The translations under genes and the position numbers were made by a program. From assembly GCA_964592055.1 (NCBI GenBank), contig CAZQCC010000004.1:7162-71161 (forward strand): a stretch of DNA of 64,000 bases. The letters are read 5' to 3'. Positions 1 through 8,284 of the stretch are shown in pieces (within the stretch, counting starts at the first letter, position 1; each line of letters opens with the position of its first letter). The stretch comes from an uncultured Ignavibacterium sp. (GTDB taxonomy: Bacteria > Bacteroidota > Ignavibacteria > Ignavibacteriales > Ignavibacteriaceae). The notes under the pieces were generated by a model, which saw nothing but the letters and a program-made list of their open reading frames with translations, did not search any database and was not told where the DNA came from.

Positions 1-249
1 GATGCAATTCATCCGAATGATCATACCGAATATATTAATACCGGATTTGAATATGCCTGGAATGAAATAATTCATGTTCGTGCTGGGTATAATTCTTTAT
101 TTGAGAAGGATTCTGAAAAAGGGTTAACTCTCGGCTTTGGATTGAATTACAGGATCATCGAACTTGTAAAAGTTAAATTAGATTATGCTTATCAGGATTT
201 TGGCAGATTAAATGACGTGCATTATTTTTCAGTCGGAATAAATTTTTAG
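1..249 (+). CDS. C-terminal fragment of an outer-membrane beta-barrel protein (PorV/PorQ-like T9SS-associated family suspected)
   Basis: Frame 1 is open from the window edge to TAG at 247-249. The translation ...GLTLGFGLNYRIIELVKVKLDYAYQDFGRLNDVHYFSVGINF has an alternating beta-strand pattern and a terminal Phe typical of OMPs. Confidence 0.45.
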   Translation, partial: DAIHPNDHTEYINTGFEYAWNEIIHVRAGYNSLFEKDSEKGLTLGFGLNYRIIELVKVKLDYAYQDFGRLNDVHYFSVGINF

Positions 250-286
250 AAAGTAATAATTTTATTCGCGATAGAATTAAATTCAT

Positions 287-319
287 AGAGGTCTTTCTTT
301 TGAAAGGCCTCTTTTTTTT
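287..319 (+). terminator. Rho-independent terminator of the partial OMP gene
   Basis: AGAGGTCTTT (287-296) pairs with AAAGGCCTCT (303-312) with one G-U pair and a 6-nt loop. A T-run follows to 319. Confidence 0.7.
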
Positions 320-347
320 AACATAATTAAATTGAAAAGAAACTTAA

Positions 348-962
348 ATGAGAACTAATCTCAAGAACAATGAAAAAATAATTTTCAAAACACATCAGCA
401 TTGGGTGGTATTGATTCCATCATTCGTTATCTCATTGATTATTTTTCTGCTTTTTATTTTACTTTATTCAGTTATTGCGGATGCAAATTTTTGGCTGGTA
501 ATTATTGGACTACTTGCTTTTGGATATTTTGGCTTTAAACTTTTAGAACGCAGATATGATATCTGGATAGTAACCAATCTCAGAGTGATAGACGAACAAG
601 GTTTGTTTTCAATCAGCGTAAAGGAAAGCCCACTAGAAAAAATAAATAATGTAACTTATCATCAATCACTTACAGGAAGAATCTTTAAGTTTGGCGATAT
701 TGAAATACAGACTGCCGCAGAAATGGGTTCAACAACTTACTACAAAATTGCCCGGCCAAACGAGCTCAAAGATTCAATTACTTCTGCTCAAGAAGAGTAC
801 AAACAGAATGTTTTAGTAAATCAGGCAAGTAAATTTGCTGAAAGTATTGGTAATAATGAATCAATTAATGATACAATGGAATGTCCGTTTTGCGCTGAGA
901 GAATTAAAATTAAAGCAAAGATCTGCAGGTATTGCGGAAAGGATCTGCCGCCGGTAAATTAG
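348..962 (+). CDS. Membrane protein with a bacterial PH (YdbS/YdbT-like) domain and a C-terminal zinc ribbon
   Basis: Two N-terminal hydrophobic helices are followed by RRYDIWIVTNLRVI, as in bPH_2 proteins. The C-terminus carries CPFC-x10-CRYC. Confidence 0.55.
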   Translation: MRTNLKNNEKIIFKTHQHWVVLIPSFVISLIIFLLFILLYSVIADANFWLVIIGLLAFGYFGFKLLERRYDIWIVTNLRVIDEQGLFSISVKESPLEKINNVTYHQSLTGRIFKFGDIEIQTAAEMGSTTYYKIARPNELKDSITSAQEEYKQNVLVNQASKFAESIGNNESINDTMECPFCAERIKIKAKICRYCGKDLPPVN

Positions 963-2590
963 TTGCCGCAAACCTGCTCAAATACACGTTTAAAATTACT
1001 GCCTAAAAATTTTGCAACTTCCTGTTCGGTATAGCCATGCTGTAATAAAGCTAAAGTCAGATCAGGAAATTTACTAACATCTTCTAATCCAAGAGGAGTA
1101 ACTTCAATTCCATCAAAGTCGGAGCCGATAGCTACATAATCAGTTCCAACTAAATTTACTATATGATCGATATGAGCAATTACATCTGCAATTGATGCGT
1201 TTGAACTTCCGTTTAAGAAATACGGATAAAAAACAATGCCGATCACTCCGCCTGTATTTGCGATATCCTGAATTTGTGAATCGTAAAGATTTCTGTAGTG
1301 ATCGTGAATACTGCGAGCCCCGCTGTGTGTTGCAACTATCGGATTAGTTGTAATTGAAAGAATATCCTGAATAGTTCTGATACCAGTATGAGAAACATCA
1401 ATGATTACTCCGAGTGAATCAAGTTTACGGATAACCTCTCTTCCAAAGATGCTTAATCCCTGTATCAAAGTTCTGTTGTCCTTTGCCGATATAGCCCAAC
1501 TTGTGCTGTTGTTCCAGGTAATAGTTAAATATCTCATTCCGGAATCGTAAAGCTGGTAGAGTTTTTCAAGATTATTCTCTATGTGATGACCGCCTTCAAC
1601 TCCTATAACAGCAGCTATTTTATTCTGGCTATTAATCGCTAAAGATTGCTGCATTGTAGTTGCTTTTGCAATAGTAGAAGGGTTCAATGCTAATTCAGTA
1701 TTGAAAAGATCACGCATAATCAACGCCTGATCAAAATAGTTAGTGTAAGCTGTTGGACTAACCCAAATTGAAAAGAATTGAATATCAACTTCGCCCATTT
1801 GCATTCTGGGAATATCGGTATGATTATAAGTGTGCAGATCAGCAAGATGATAATTGGGATCATTAACCATTACTTCAAGAACATCATTGTGAAGATCAAT
1901 AAGAGTATATTTTGAATGTATTGTTTGAAGCAATGTTGAAAAGTTTTCTCCACCATTAATTGAGGCAATTGTCGAATCAGCTGCAAAACCAAATTTATCT
2001 ATTACAATTTCAAGATCAATGGCGGCACTGAGAACATCAGAATTGTAAGTATTAGAAATCCCTGTACGAATTTCTCCCAGGCCAATTCCATTTCCGCCAT
2101 CAAGTTGAAGCATTTTTTTTGTTAATGACTGGTTACCAAAAGATATTGTATAAAGATAAACTCCGGCGCTGCCTTTGCTGAACCAATCCACTGTATAAAT
2201 GCCACTGCTTAGGAGCATACTTTTTTTATCGATGAGTTCACCAAGAATATTGTGTACAGTAATTGTAACCTCTCCATTAACCGGGATTGAAAAATTTATT
2301 TTTGTGGAAGGATTAAATGGATTAGGAAAATTTTGATCTACTCTGAAATCGTTAGGTAAATTATATATCGGATCGACAGAAACAGCCATAACATCATACT
2401 GCCACGTACCTCCAATATCCGTAAAAACAGAATCTGTAATCCCGTTAGAAAAATTTTTTATCCGCACTCTTGCATCTTCAATGGGTGAATTACTTTTAAG
2501 ATCCTTAACATTGCCTGTTATTGAGATTGTTTGTGCGTTTAATATGACACCAAAAAAATAGAAGGACAATAATATTAAAAGAGATTTCAT
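959..2590 (-). CDS. Secreted membrane dipeptidase (peptidase M19) with an N-terminal extension containing an internal T9SS-CTD-like domain
   Basis: Signal peptide MKSLLILLSFYFFGVILNAQ. M19 motifs DLHNDVL, IIDVSHTG, ATHSGAR and IGSDFDGI occupy residues about 228-543. Residues about 85-165 read NFPNPFNPSTKINFSIP...GVYLYTISFGNQSLTKKMLQL. Confidence 0.7.
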   Translation of the reverse strand: MKSLLILLSFYFFGVILNAQTISITGNVKDLKSNSPIEDARVRIKNFSNGITDSVFTDIGGTWQYDVMAVSVDPIYNLPNDFRVDQNFPNPFNPSTKINFSIPVNGEVTITVHNILGELIDKKSMLLSSGIYTVDWFSKGSAGVYLYTISFGNQSLTKKMLQLDGGNGIGLGEIRTGISNTYNSDVLSAAIDLEIVIDKFGFAADSTIASINGGENFSTLLQTIHSKYTLIDLHNDVLEVMVNDPNYHLADLHTYNHTDIPRMQMGEVDIQFFSIWVSPTAYTNYFDQALIMRDLFNTELALNPSTIAKATTMQQSLAINSQNKIAAVIGVEGGHHIENNLEKLYQLYDSGMRYLTITWNNSTSWAISAKDNRTLIQGLSIFGREVIRKLDSLGVIIDVSHTGIRTIQDILSITTNPIVATHSGARSIHDHYRNLYDSQIQDIANTGGVIGIVFYPYFLNGSSNASIADVIAHIDHIVNLVGTDYVAIGSDFDGIEVTPLGLEDVSKFPDLTLALLQHGYTEQEVAKFLGSNFKRVFEQVCGN

Positions 2591-4156
2591 TTATCTTCTT
2601 CTTCCTCCGACGCCGAGTACACCCAATAAACCACGAGCGATTTCCCTCACTAATGTTCTGCCAACCTGCTTCGAAAGAGGACTGTTAATAACTTTATCGA
2701 TTGTGCTTTTTTCTGTTCGGCGATTTGTGCTTGTTTTTCTTTGAGACGATTGAGGAAATTTATATTTAGTTTCTTCCGGTACTTTTAATTCCAGATCACG
2801 AGCTGTTTCAAGTTTTTTATTAAGAATTTCATAAGCGCTTTCCCTATCAATCACATCATTGTATTTTTTGTAGAGTGTAGACGCACTGATTCTGGTATCA
2901 AGTTCTTCAGGAGTTAAAATATCCATCCGTGATCGTGGTGCACACAATAAAGTTGCGGCTAGTGGTGTCGGTACTCCTTTTTCATTTAATGTGCTGATTG
3001 CGGCTTCACCAATACCAAGTGAAGTCAGCAATTCATCAGTTTTGTAAAACTCAGATATCGGATAGTTCTCTGATGTCAGCTTTATCATTTTTCTATCCTG
3101 AGCGGTGAACGCTCTTAAGGCATGCTGTATCTTTAATCCAAGCTGGCTTAAAACAGCTTGAGGAACATCTGTTGGATTTTGAGTGCAGAAATAAATGCCA
3201 ATTCCTTTTGATCTGATCAGTTTTATTATTGTTTCTATCTGATCGAGTAATGCTTTGCTAGCTTCTTTAAAGATCAAGTGTGCTTCATCGATTACAATAA
3301 CAAGTTTTGGTTCTGCTTTATCGCCAAGTTCAGGAAAAGTAGAATAAATTTCTGCCAGCAGAGATAACATAAAAGTAGAAAATAATTTAGGTCTGTCCTG
3401 CAGATCAATTAAACGTAATACCGAAATTATTCCGTAACCGTTTTCATCAATTCTAAGCAAATCTTCTACATCAAAGGATTTTTCACCAAAGAATTTTTCT
3501 GCCCCTTGCTGTTCAAGCTCAACAACTTTTCTAAGGATCGTTCCGATTGACGCGGGGGAGATAGAACCATAGTCTTTTGATATTTCCTGTTTACCTTCTG
3601 CCGCAGCAAACTGCAGAAGTTTTTTCAGATCTTTCAGATCAAGCAATGGTATATTGTTATCATCGCAATACTTAAACAACACTGCAATCAGTCCCGATTG
3701 CGTATCGTTTAGTTCAAGGATTTTAGAAATAAGAATTGGTCCAAATTCAGAAGCAGTTGCACGGAGTCGTGTACCTTTTTCATCTGATAAGGTTAAAAAC
3801 TCTACAGGGAATCGTTTTGGAAAAAAAGGTAATCCGATTTTTGAGTGCCGGTCCTCGATTTTAGGATTGGTTGTTCCTTCTGCTGCAATACCACTTAAGT
3901 CTCCCTTAATATCCATCAATAAAACGGGAATACTCTTTTCAGAAAGAGCTTCTGCAAAAACCTGCACTGTTTTTGTTTTACCTGTACCGGTTGCCCCGGC
4001 TATTAAACCGTGCCTGTTAATTGTACTAAGCGGAACTTTTACAAGAAGACTTTGCTGTGCTTCAGTGTTGTAAATAGCAGTGCCAAGCACAAGTGAATCA
4101 CCTTTAAATGAATAACCATCTTTAATAGAGGTGATAAATTTTTCTGCAGAGCTCAT
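2591..4156 (-). CDS. HerA-like / DUF853 (YjgR-type) P-loop NTPase
   Basis: RHGLIAGATGTGKT Walker A, LVIVIDEAH Walker B-like motif and a basic C-terminal tail. Its stop codon abuts the start codon of the dipeptidase gene (2591/2590). Confidence 0.7.
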   Translation of the reverse strand: MSSAEKFITSIKDGYSFKGDSLVLGTAIYNTEAQQSLLVKVPLSTINRHGLIAGATGTGKTKTVQVFAEALSEKSIPVLLMDIKGDLSGIAAEGTTNPKIEDRHSKIGLPFFPKRFPVEFLTLSDEKGTRLRATASEFGPILISKILELNDTQSGLIAVLFKYCDDNNIPLLDLKDLKKLLQFAAAEGKQEISKDYGSISPASIGTILRKVVELEQQGAEKFFGEKSFDVEDLLRIDENGYGIISVLRLIDLQDRPKLFSTFMLSLLAEIYSTFPELGDKAEPKLVIVIDEAHLIFKEASKALLDQIETIIKLIRSKGIGIYFCTQNPTDVPQAVLSQLGLKIQHALRAFTAQDRKMIKLTSENYPISEFYKTDELLTSLGIGEAAISTLNEKGVPTPLAATLLCAPRSRMDILTPEELDTRISASTLYKKYNDVIDRESAYEILNKKLETARDLELKVPEETKYKFPQSSQRKTSTNRRTEKSTIDKVINSPLSKQVGRTLVREIARGLLGVLGVGGRRR

Positions 4157-4180
4157 TGTTATTCCTTTTTAACTATCTAA

Positions 4181-4213
4181 ATAAAACGAAAGGGAAGCTA
4201 AAAACTTCCCTTT
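4181..4213 (-). terminator. Rho-independent terminator of the mscS-like gene
   Basis: On the minus strand, AAAGGGAAG-TTTTTAG-CTTCCCTTT forms a 9-bp stem (4189-4213). It is followed by CGTTTTAT. Confidence 0.6.
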
Positions 4214-4232
4214 GATCAAATTAAATTATTTG

Positions 4233-5042
4233 TCAATGACGAATATGAACATCTCTCTGTGGAAATGGAATGGAGATATTCTCTTCATCAAACTTTTTCT
4301 TTACCTGTTCTATTAACCTGAACCTGGTTTCAAGGAACTTTTGGTTCAAGACCCACGGTCTTACAAAAATGTTTACAGAGCTGTTTGCCAATTCTCCAAC
4401 AGCAATAGTTGCCGCCGGTTCTTTCAAAACATCCGGGTCATCATCAATTATCGAATGAAGTATTGACTTGGCTTTATCAATATCGTCTTCATAACTAATT
4501 CCAAAAACGAGATCAATTCTGCGGGTTTCTTTTTCAGAATAGTTAATTATGTTATCATTAATAAGCTTTGAGTTTGGAATGAAAATTACTTTGTTATCGA
4601 TTGTGATAAGAGTTGTGTTGAAGATCCCAACTTTTTCAACGGTTCCGCTTACACCACCGCTTTCAACAAACTGTCCTACTTTTATCTGTCTGAAGATAAT
4701 TAACATTACACCGGCTGCAACATTGGATAAAGAACCCTGCAATGCTAGTCCGATAGCTAACCCGGCAGCACCCAATGCAGCAATTAAAGATGTTGTTTCA
4801 ATTCCTAATCTTGAAACTGCCGCAATTATAACGAACAGGTATAAAGAGAACTTAAGCGCACTTGTTAAAAATCCAACTAGTGTTACATCAACATTTCTTT
4901 TATTGAGTACTTTCCTTAATAATTTTGTTAGAGATTTTGCAATCCAGAATCCGATAACTAAAATTGCAATTGCAGAAACAATCTGAACACCGAAATCGGT
5001 GATGTATTTTTTTAACTCGGGTAATAGTTCTTTCCAATCCAT
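4233..5042 (-). CDS. mscS: Small-conductance mechanosensitive channel (MscS family)
   Basis: Three N-terminal TM helices are followed by GTVEKVGIFNTTLITIDNKVIFIPNSKL, a typical MscS beta-domain signature. Length is 269 aa. Confidence 0.75.
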   Translation of the reverse strand: MDWKELLPELKKYITDFGVQIVSAIAILVIGFWIAKSLTKLLRKVLNKRNVDVTLVGFLTSALKFSLYLFVIIAAVSRLGIETTSLIAALGAAGLAIGLALQGSLSNVAAGVMLIIFRQIKVGQFVESGGVSGTVEKVGIFNTTLITIDNKVIFIPNSKLINDNIINYSEKETRRIDLVFGISYEDDIDKAKSILHSIIDDDPDVLKEPAATIAVGELANSSVNIFVRPWVLNQKFLETRFRLIEQVKKKFDEENISIPFPQRDVHIRH

Positions 5043-5056
5043 TATATCATTTTACA

Positions 5057-5908
5057 TTAAAATAGTGAATAGCTGAAACCTAACTGTAATGCTTCTCTAA
5101 GTTGTGTTTTTCTTGTCTGACTGATCTCATGAAGTACAGTAACTGCTAAGTTTACATTTATATAATCATTTACTTTTGCTGTTACAATATTATCCCATCT
5201 AACATCCCAAACCTCAAGAGCATCAAAGCGCGTGAATAATCTTAAGAAACTGTAATATGTCATATTGGGAAGAAATTCATATTTCACTTCAGTAACAGAT
5301 TCGATACCGGTCTCAAATTTAAAGTCTTCGATCTCATTTGGTGTTTCAGGATCATCGGTATAAAATGCGGCAAATTTATTAGCAAAAGTCTGCTGGAATG
5401 CTATACCCAAACGGGTAGTAATTATCTTATTTTTATCGTAGGTAAAACCAATTGCCTCAGTTAAGTAACCAGGATCAAAGAAATCTACTATTTGAATTGC
5501 TGGATCAACTTTATAATCGTAGCCTTTAGTTAGTGCACTTCTAAATGTAACGGCAATGTAAGGATCAACTGCCCAGCCTATATCTCTGGAACCAACGCTT
5601 TCAAAGTAAATATCATTCTCCGTAGTTCGGTATCCAACATCCTCTAATTTGGTGCGACCAAATATTGCATTTAATCTGTTTTTCCATTTCCATGGTGCAT
5701 CCAGATAAACGGCACCAAGATTTGTATAAACTGCAAATGCAAGAGCATTTGTTCCACCTTGTGCCCAGTTAGAAAATGCTGTTTGGCTAAGATTTAAACC
5801 TACAACACCGGACATATTCCAGCCATCTTTAAGCAGTGAATCCGGAATTTCTTGCGCATAATTATTAAACGTGATTATTACAAAAAGCAAAAGAAAGAGT
5901 CTTCGCAT
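5057..5908 (-). CDS. DUF3078-like outer-membrane beta-barrel protein
   Basis: Signal peptide, GLNLSQTAFSNWAQGGTNALAF motif, alternating strands and terminal ...GFSYSLF. Confidence 0.45.
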   Translation of the reverse strand: MRRLFLLLFVIITFNNYAQEIPDSLLKDGWNMSGVVGLNLSQTAFSNWAQGGTNALAFAVYTNLGAVYLDAPWKWKNRLNAIFGRTKLEDVGYRTTENDIYFESVGSRDIGWAVDPYIAVTFRSALTKGYDYKVDPAIQIVDFFDPGYLTEAIGFTYDKNKIITTRLGIAFQQTFANKFAAFYTDDPETPNEIEDFKFETGIESVTEVKYEFLPNMTYYSFLRLFTRFDALEVWDVRWDNIVTAKVNDYINVNLAVTVLHEISQTRKTQLREALQLGFSYSLF

Positions 5909-5952
5909 AAGTGATACCTTTAGATTTTCAATGATATTAATTAAAATCTTTA

Positions 5953-6219
5953 TTAAATAGCTACATCAACTACTTGTTTGAGCTTAAACGGAAAATCAAA
6001 ATAAAAAAAGTCTTTATCTTCTTTTACAATTTTATCTTTAGTTAAAAAATAAGAATCAATCATATTGGAATCTTTTAAATCACAATAATTAAAAAACAGA
6101 CCGTCTTCAAAATAATATTTTGGGAGCCTAATTTTTTTATGGGAAAATAAATAAGCCATATCAACAGCAACTTTTCTAAGAAAGCCGTTGCGATTTACGT
6201 ATAAATAGATTGTTCTCAT
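5953..6219 (-). CDS. Hypothetical small protein (88 aa)
   Basis: The ORF has an ATG start and a TAATTTTG (TAnnTTTG) box 19 nt upstream. No recognisable domain. Confidence 0.3.
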   Translation of the reverse strand: MRTIYLYVNRNGFLRKVAVDMAYLFSHKKIRLPKYYFEDGLFFNYCDLKDSNMIDSYFLTKDKIVKEDKDFFYFDFPFKLKQVVDVAI

Positions 6220-6237
6220 TTTCTTCTAATTATTGGA

Positions 6238-6245
6238 CAAAATTA
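6238..6245 (-). promoter_or_regulatory. Bacteroidetes-type -7 promoter box (TAnnTTTG)
   Basis: The minus strand reads TAATTTTG, 19 nt upstream of the ATG at 6219. Confidence 0.4.
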
Positions 6246-6312
6246 CTCATATTGTACAAAAACTAAAAACTAAAACTACTTGATTATTTTACAAATCAAA
6301 TGATAATAAAAC

Positions 6313-6320
6313 TATATTTG
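6313..6320 (+). promoter_or_regulatory. Bacteroidetes-type -7 promoter box (TAnnTTTG)
   Basis: TATATTTG lies 22 nt upstream of the ATG at 6342. Confidence 0.4.
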
Positions 6321-6341
6321 CATATTAAATACGGATAAATA

Positions 6342-8021
6342 ATGAGACTATACATAAAACTATTATTACTTCTAATAATATCTGTAAATCAAAATATCGC
6401 TCAGGTTGAAACAGTTCCATCTACCAATGGAGTTTATATTTTTCTTAAAGAAATGAAAGTTAAAGGTGTATTAGACTTTATTAGAGAGGATGATCCGGTA
6501 CTATCCAGATTTGAAATTAAATTTCTATTGAATGAAATATCAGATCATATTTCAGAATTAACCCGTACTGAAGCAAAACTTCTGGATAAATATTTATTTG
6601 AGTTTTCAGATTCCATTCATCCTGATTCATCAACACAATTATTTAATCCACAGAATAGTTTCTTTTCTGATCTGGACCAGATGATTACTGACAAAGTTAA
6701 ATATTTGTATGTTTACCGGGAGCCAGGCGCAAATGTTTACTTTGAATGGCTCGGACATTTTTATCACGGTCAGGATTTCTCACAGGAAAGTGCAGTAAAT
6801 TCTAATTTGTATGATATCGGTTTCAGGATAAGAGGAACGGTTTTCAATCAGCTTGGGTACAACCTTTCGGTTTTAAAGGGTGGAGTGAGCGGAAACAGGT
6901 CTTTTGCAGAAATTATTGAACCGAGGCTGCTTACAAGTTTTAAGTGGATTGAGAATATAGAAAATATTGGTAATTATGATTTTACTTATGGATATCTTAA
7001 ATATCACTCCGAGCCTGTTGAAAATATGCATCTTGCAGTACAATTAGGCAGGGAAGATATAACACTGGGTTATGGGTATGGAAGTAAACTCATCCTTTCC
7101 GGAGATAACCCAACAATGGATTTCATAAAATTTAATTTCGATTATGGAATAGTTAGTTTTTCTTCAGTTCACGCATCAACCACAGGTTATTTTAGCTTTG
7201 ATAGAGAAGAGCGCTATACAAAGTTTTATGCACACAATCACTTAAAACTTAAGTTTGAAAACCTTTTTGATATTGGGATTGGTGAAACGACTATCTATTC
7301 GGGTAGAGGCATTGATCTGAGCTATCTGGCACCCGTTACGTTTTACAAGTTTATTGAAATGGGAATTCAGGACAGAGACAACGGCAACATCTATTTTGAT
7401 CTGCAGACTAAGTTTGTAAAAGACCTGGAACTTCAAGCTACTTTTCTTCTTGATGAAAATATTTTAAGCAACCTAGCCGATCTGAATAAATTCACTAATA
7501 AAACTGCTTACCAGCTTGGAGCATTTTGGTATCAACCAATAGGGATAAATGATTTATCCCTGATATTAGAGTACACTAAAATCCGGCCTTATGTTTATAC
7601 ACATTATGATATAAAGAATAATTACACCGCATTTGGTGCAAATCTAGGTCACAGAATAGGTCCAAACGCAGATGAAATTATGATCCAATCTAACTATAAC
7701 TTTAACGAGTGGATTAGATTAAGTGCTGAATATCGTTATCAGAGAGAAGGAGAAAATGTTTTTGATGAAAATGGAATATTAGTAAAAAATGTAGGCGGTG
7801 ATATTGCATTATCTCATGGTTACGAGCTAACGACTGATAGAGCATTTTTTTTAGATGGAGAACGTGTTAATTCAAATTTCTTTAAGCTGGGAATGCGAAT
7901 TGAACCAATACGGGATTTCATCTTCGAAGTATCATATAATCATCTGAACAGAGAAAATCTGGCCAAAAATCTTTCTGAAAATCTAAGCTATGCTTTATTC
8001 AAGTTTACACTTGAGTATTAA
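6342..8021 (+). CDS. Outer-membrane beta-barrel protein, Wzi-like (capsule assembly family suspected)
   Basis: Signal peptide, then an N-terminal helical region (VYIFLKEMKVKGVLDFIREDDPVLSRFEIKFLLNEI) resembling Wzi-family N-termini. A long amphipathic-strand region ends in ...FKFTLEY. Confidence 0.4.
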   Translation: MRLYIKLLLLLIISVNQNIAQVETVPSTNGVYIFLKEMKVKGVLDFIREDDPVLSRFEIKFLLNEISDHISELTRTEAKLLDKYLFEFSDSIHPDSSTQLFNPQNSFFSDLDQMITDKVKYLYVYREPGANVYFEWLGHFYHGQDFSQESAVNSNLYDIGFRIRGTVFNQLGYNLSVLKGGVSGNRSFAEIIEPRLLTSFKWIENIENIGNYDFTYGYLKYHSEPVENMHLAVQLGREDITLGYGYGSKLILSGDNPTMDFIKFNFDYGIVSFSSVHASTTGYFSFDREERYTKFYAHNHLKLKFENLFDIGIGETTIYSGRGIDLSYLAPVTFYKFIEMGIQDRDNGNIYFDLQTKFVKDLELQATFLLDENILSNLADLNKFTNKTAYQLGAFWYQPIGINDLSLILEYTKIRPYVYTHYDIKNNYTAFGANLGHRIGPNADEIMIQSNYNFNEWIRLSAEYRYQREGENVFDENGILVKNVGGDIALSHGYELTTDRAFFLDGERVNSNFFKLGMRIEPIRDFIFEVSYNHLNRENLAKNLSENLSYALFKFTLEY

Positions 8022-8228
8022 AATTTTCAATCAAAGAACAATAAACTAATCCAAACTCTTGATAGTAAAATTATTTGCTAAATATTAACCTTCCCTCAAT
8101 TCTGAAATAAAAAAACAGGCTATTCCTATAACTGAGAAGAGAATATCAACAACAAGTTTCGGAAAAATAAATTAATTGCAAAAACTCTAAAAATTCGCAA
8201 TATCAAATAATTGCTTTATGTTAATATT

Positions 8229-8243
8229 TGGAACGGCATTTGA
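8229..8243 (+). promoter_or_regulatory. Weak sigma54-like -24/-12 candidate (TGGAAC-N5-TTGA)
   Basis: TGGAACGGCATTTGA has GG-N10-GA spacing and sits 42 nt upstream of the ATG at 8285. The -12 GC dinucleotide is not conserved. Confidence 0.15.
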
Positions 8244-8284
8244 TCTTAAAAACAAGCAAATAAAAAATTCATTGAGGATAGCTT

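Noticed and set aside
3654-4073. Antisense ORFs inside long genes. Examples: 3654-4073, 4549-4986, 12173-12505, 17080-17463, 22244-22639, 27061-27402 and 33896-34198.
   Set aside because: All lie fully within well-supported genes on the opposite strand. Their composition is low-complexity or skewed, they lack start-site signals, and they are typical of AT-rich frame noise.
2591-4156. HerA-like NTPase as part of an anti-phage defence system.
   Set aside because: The sequence matches the housekeeping YjgR/DUF853 pattern. No nuclease, SIR2, DUF4297 or other effector partner is adjacent. The neighbours are a dipeptidase and mscS.
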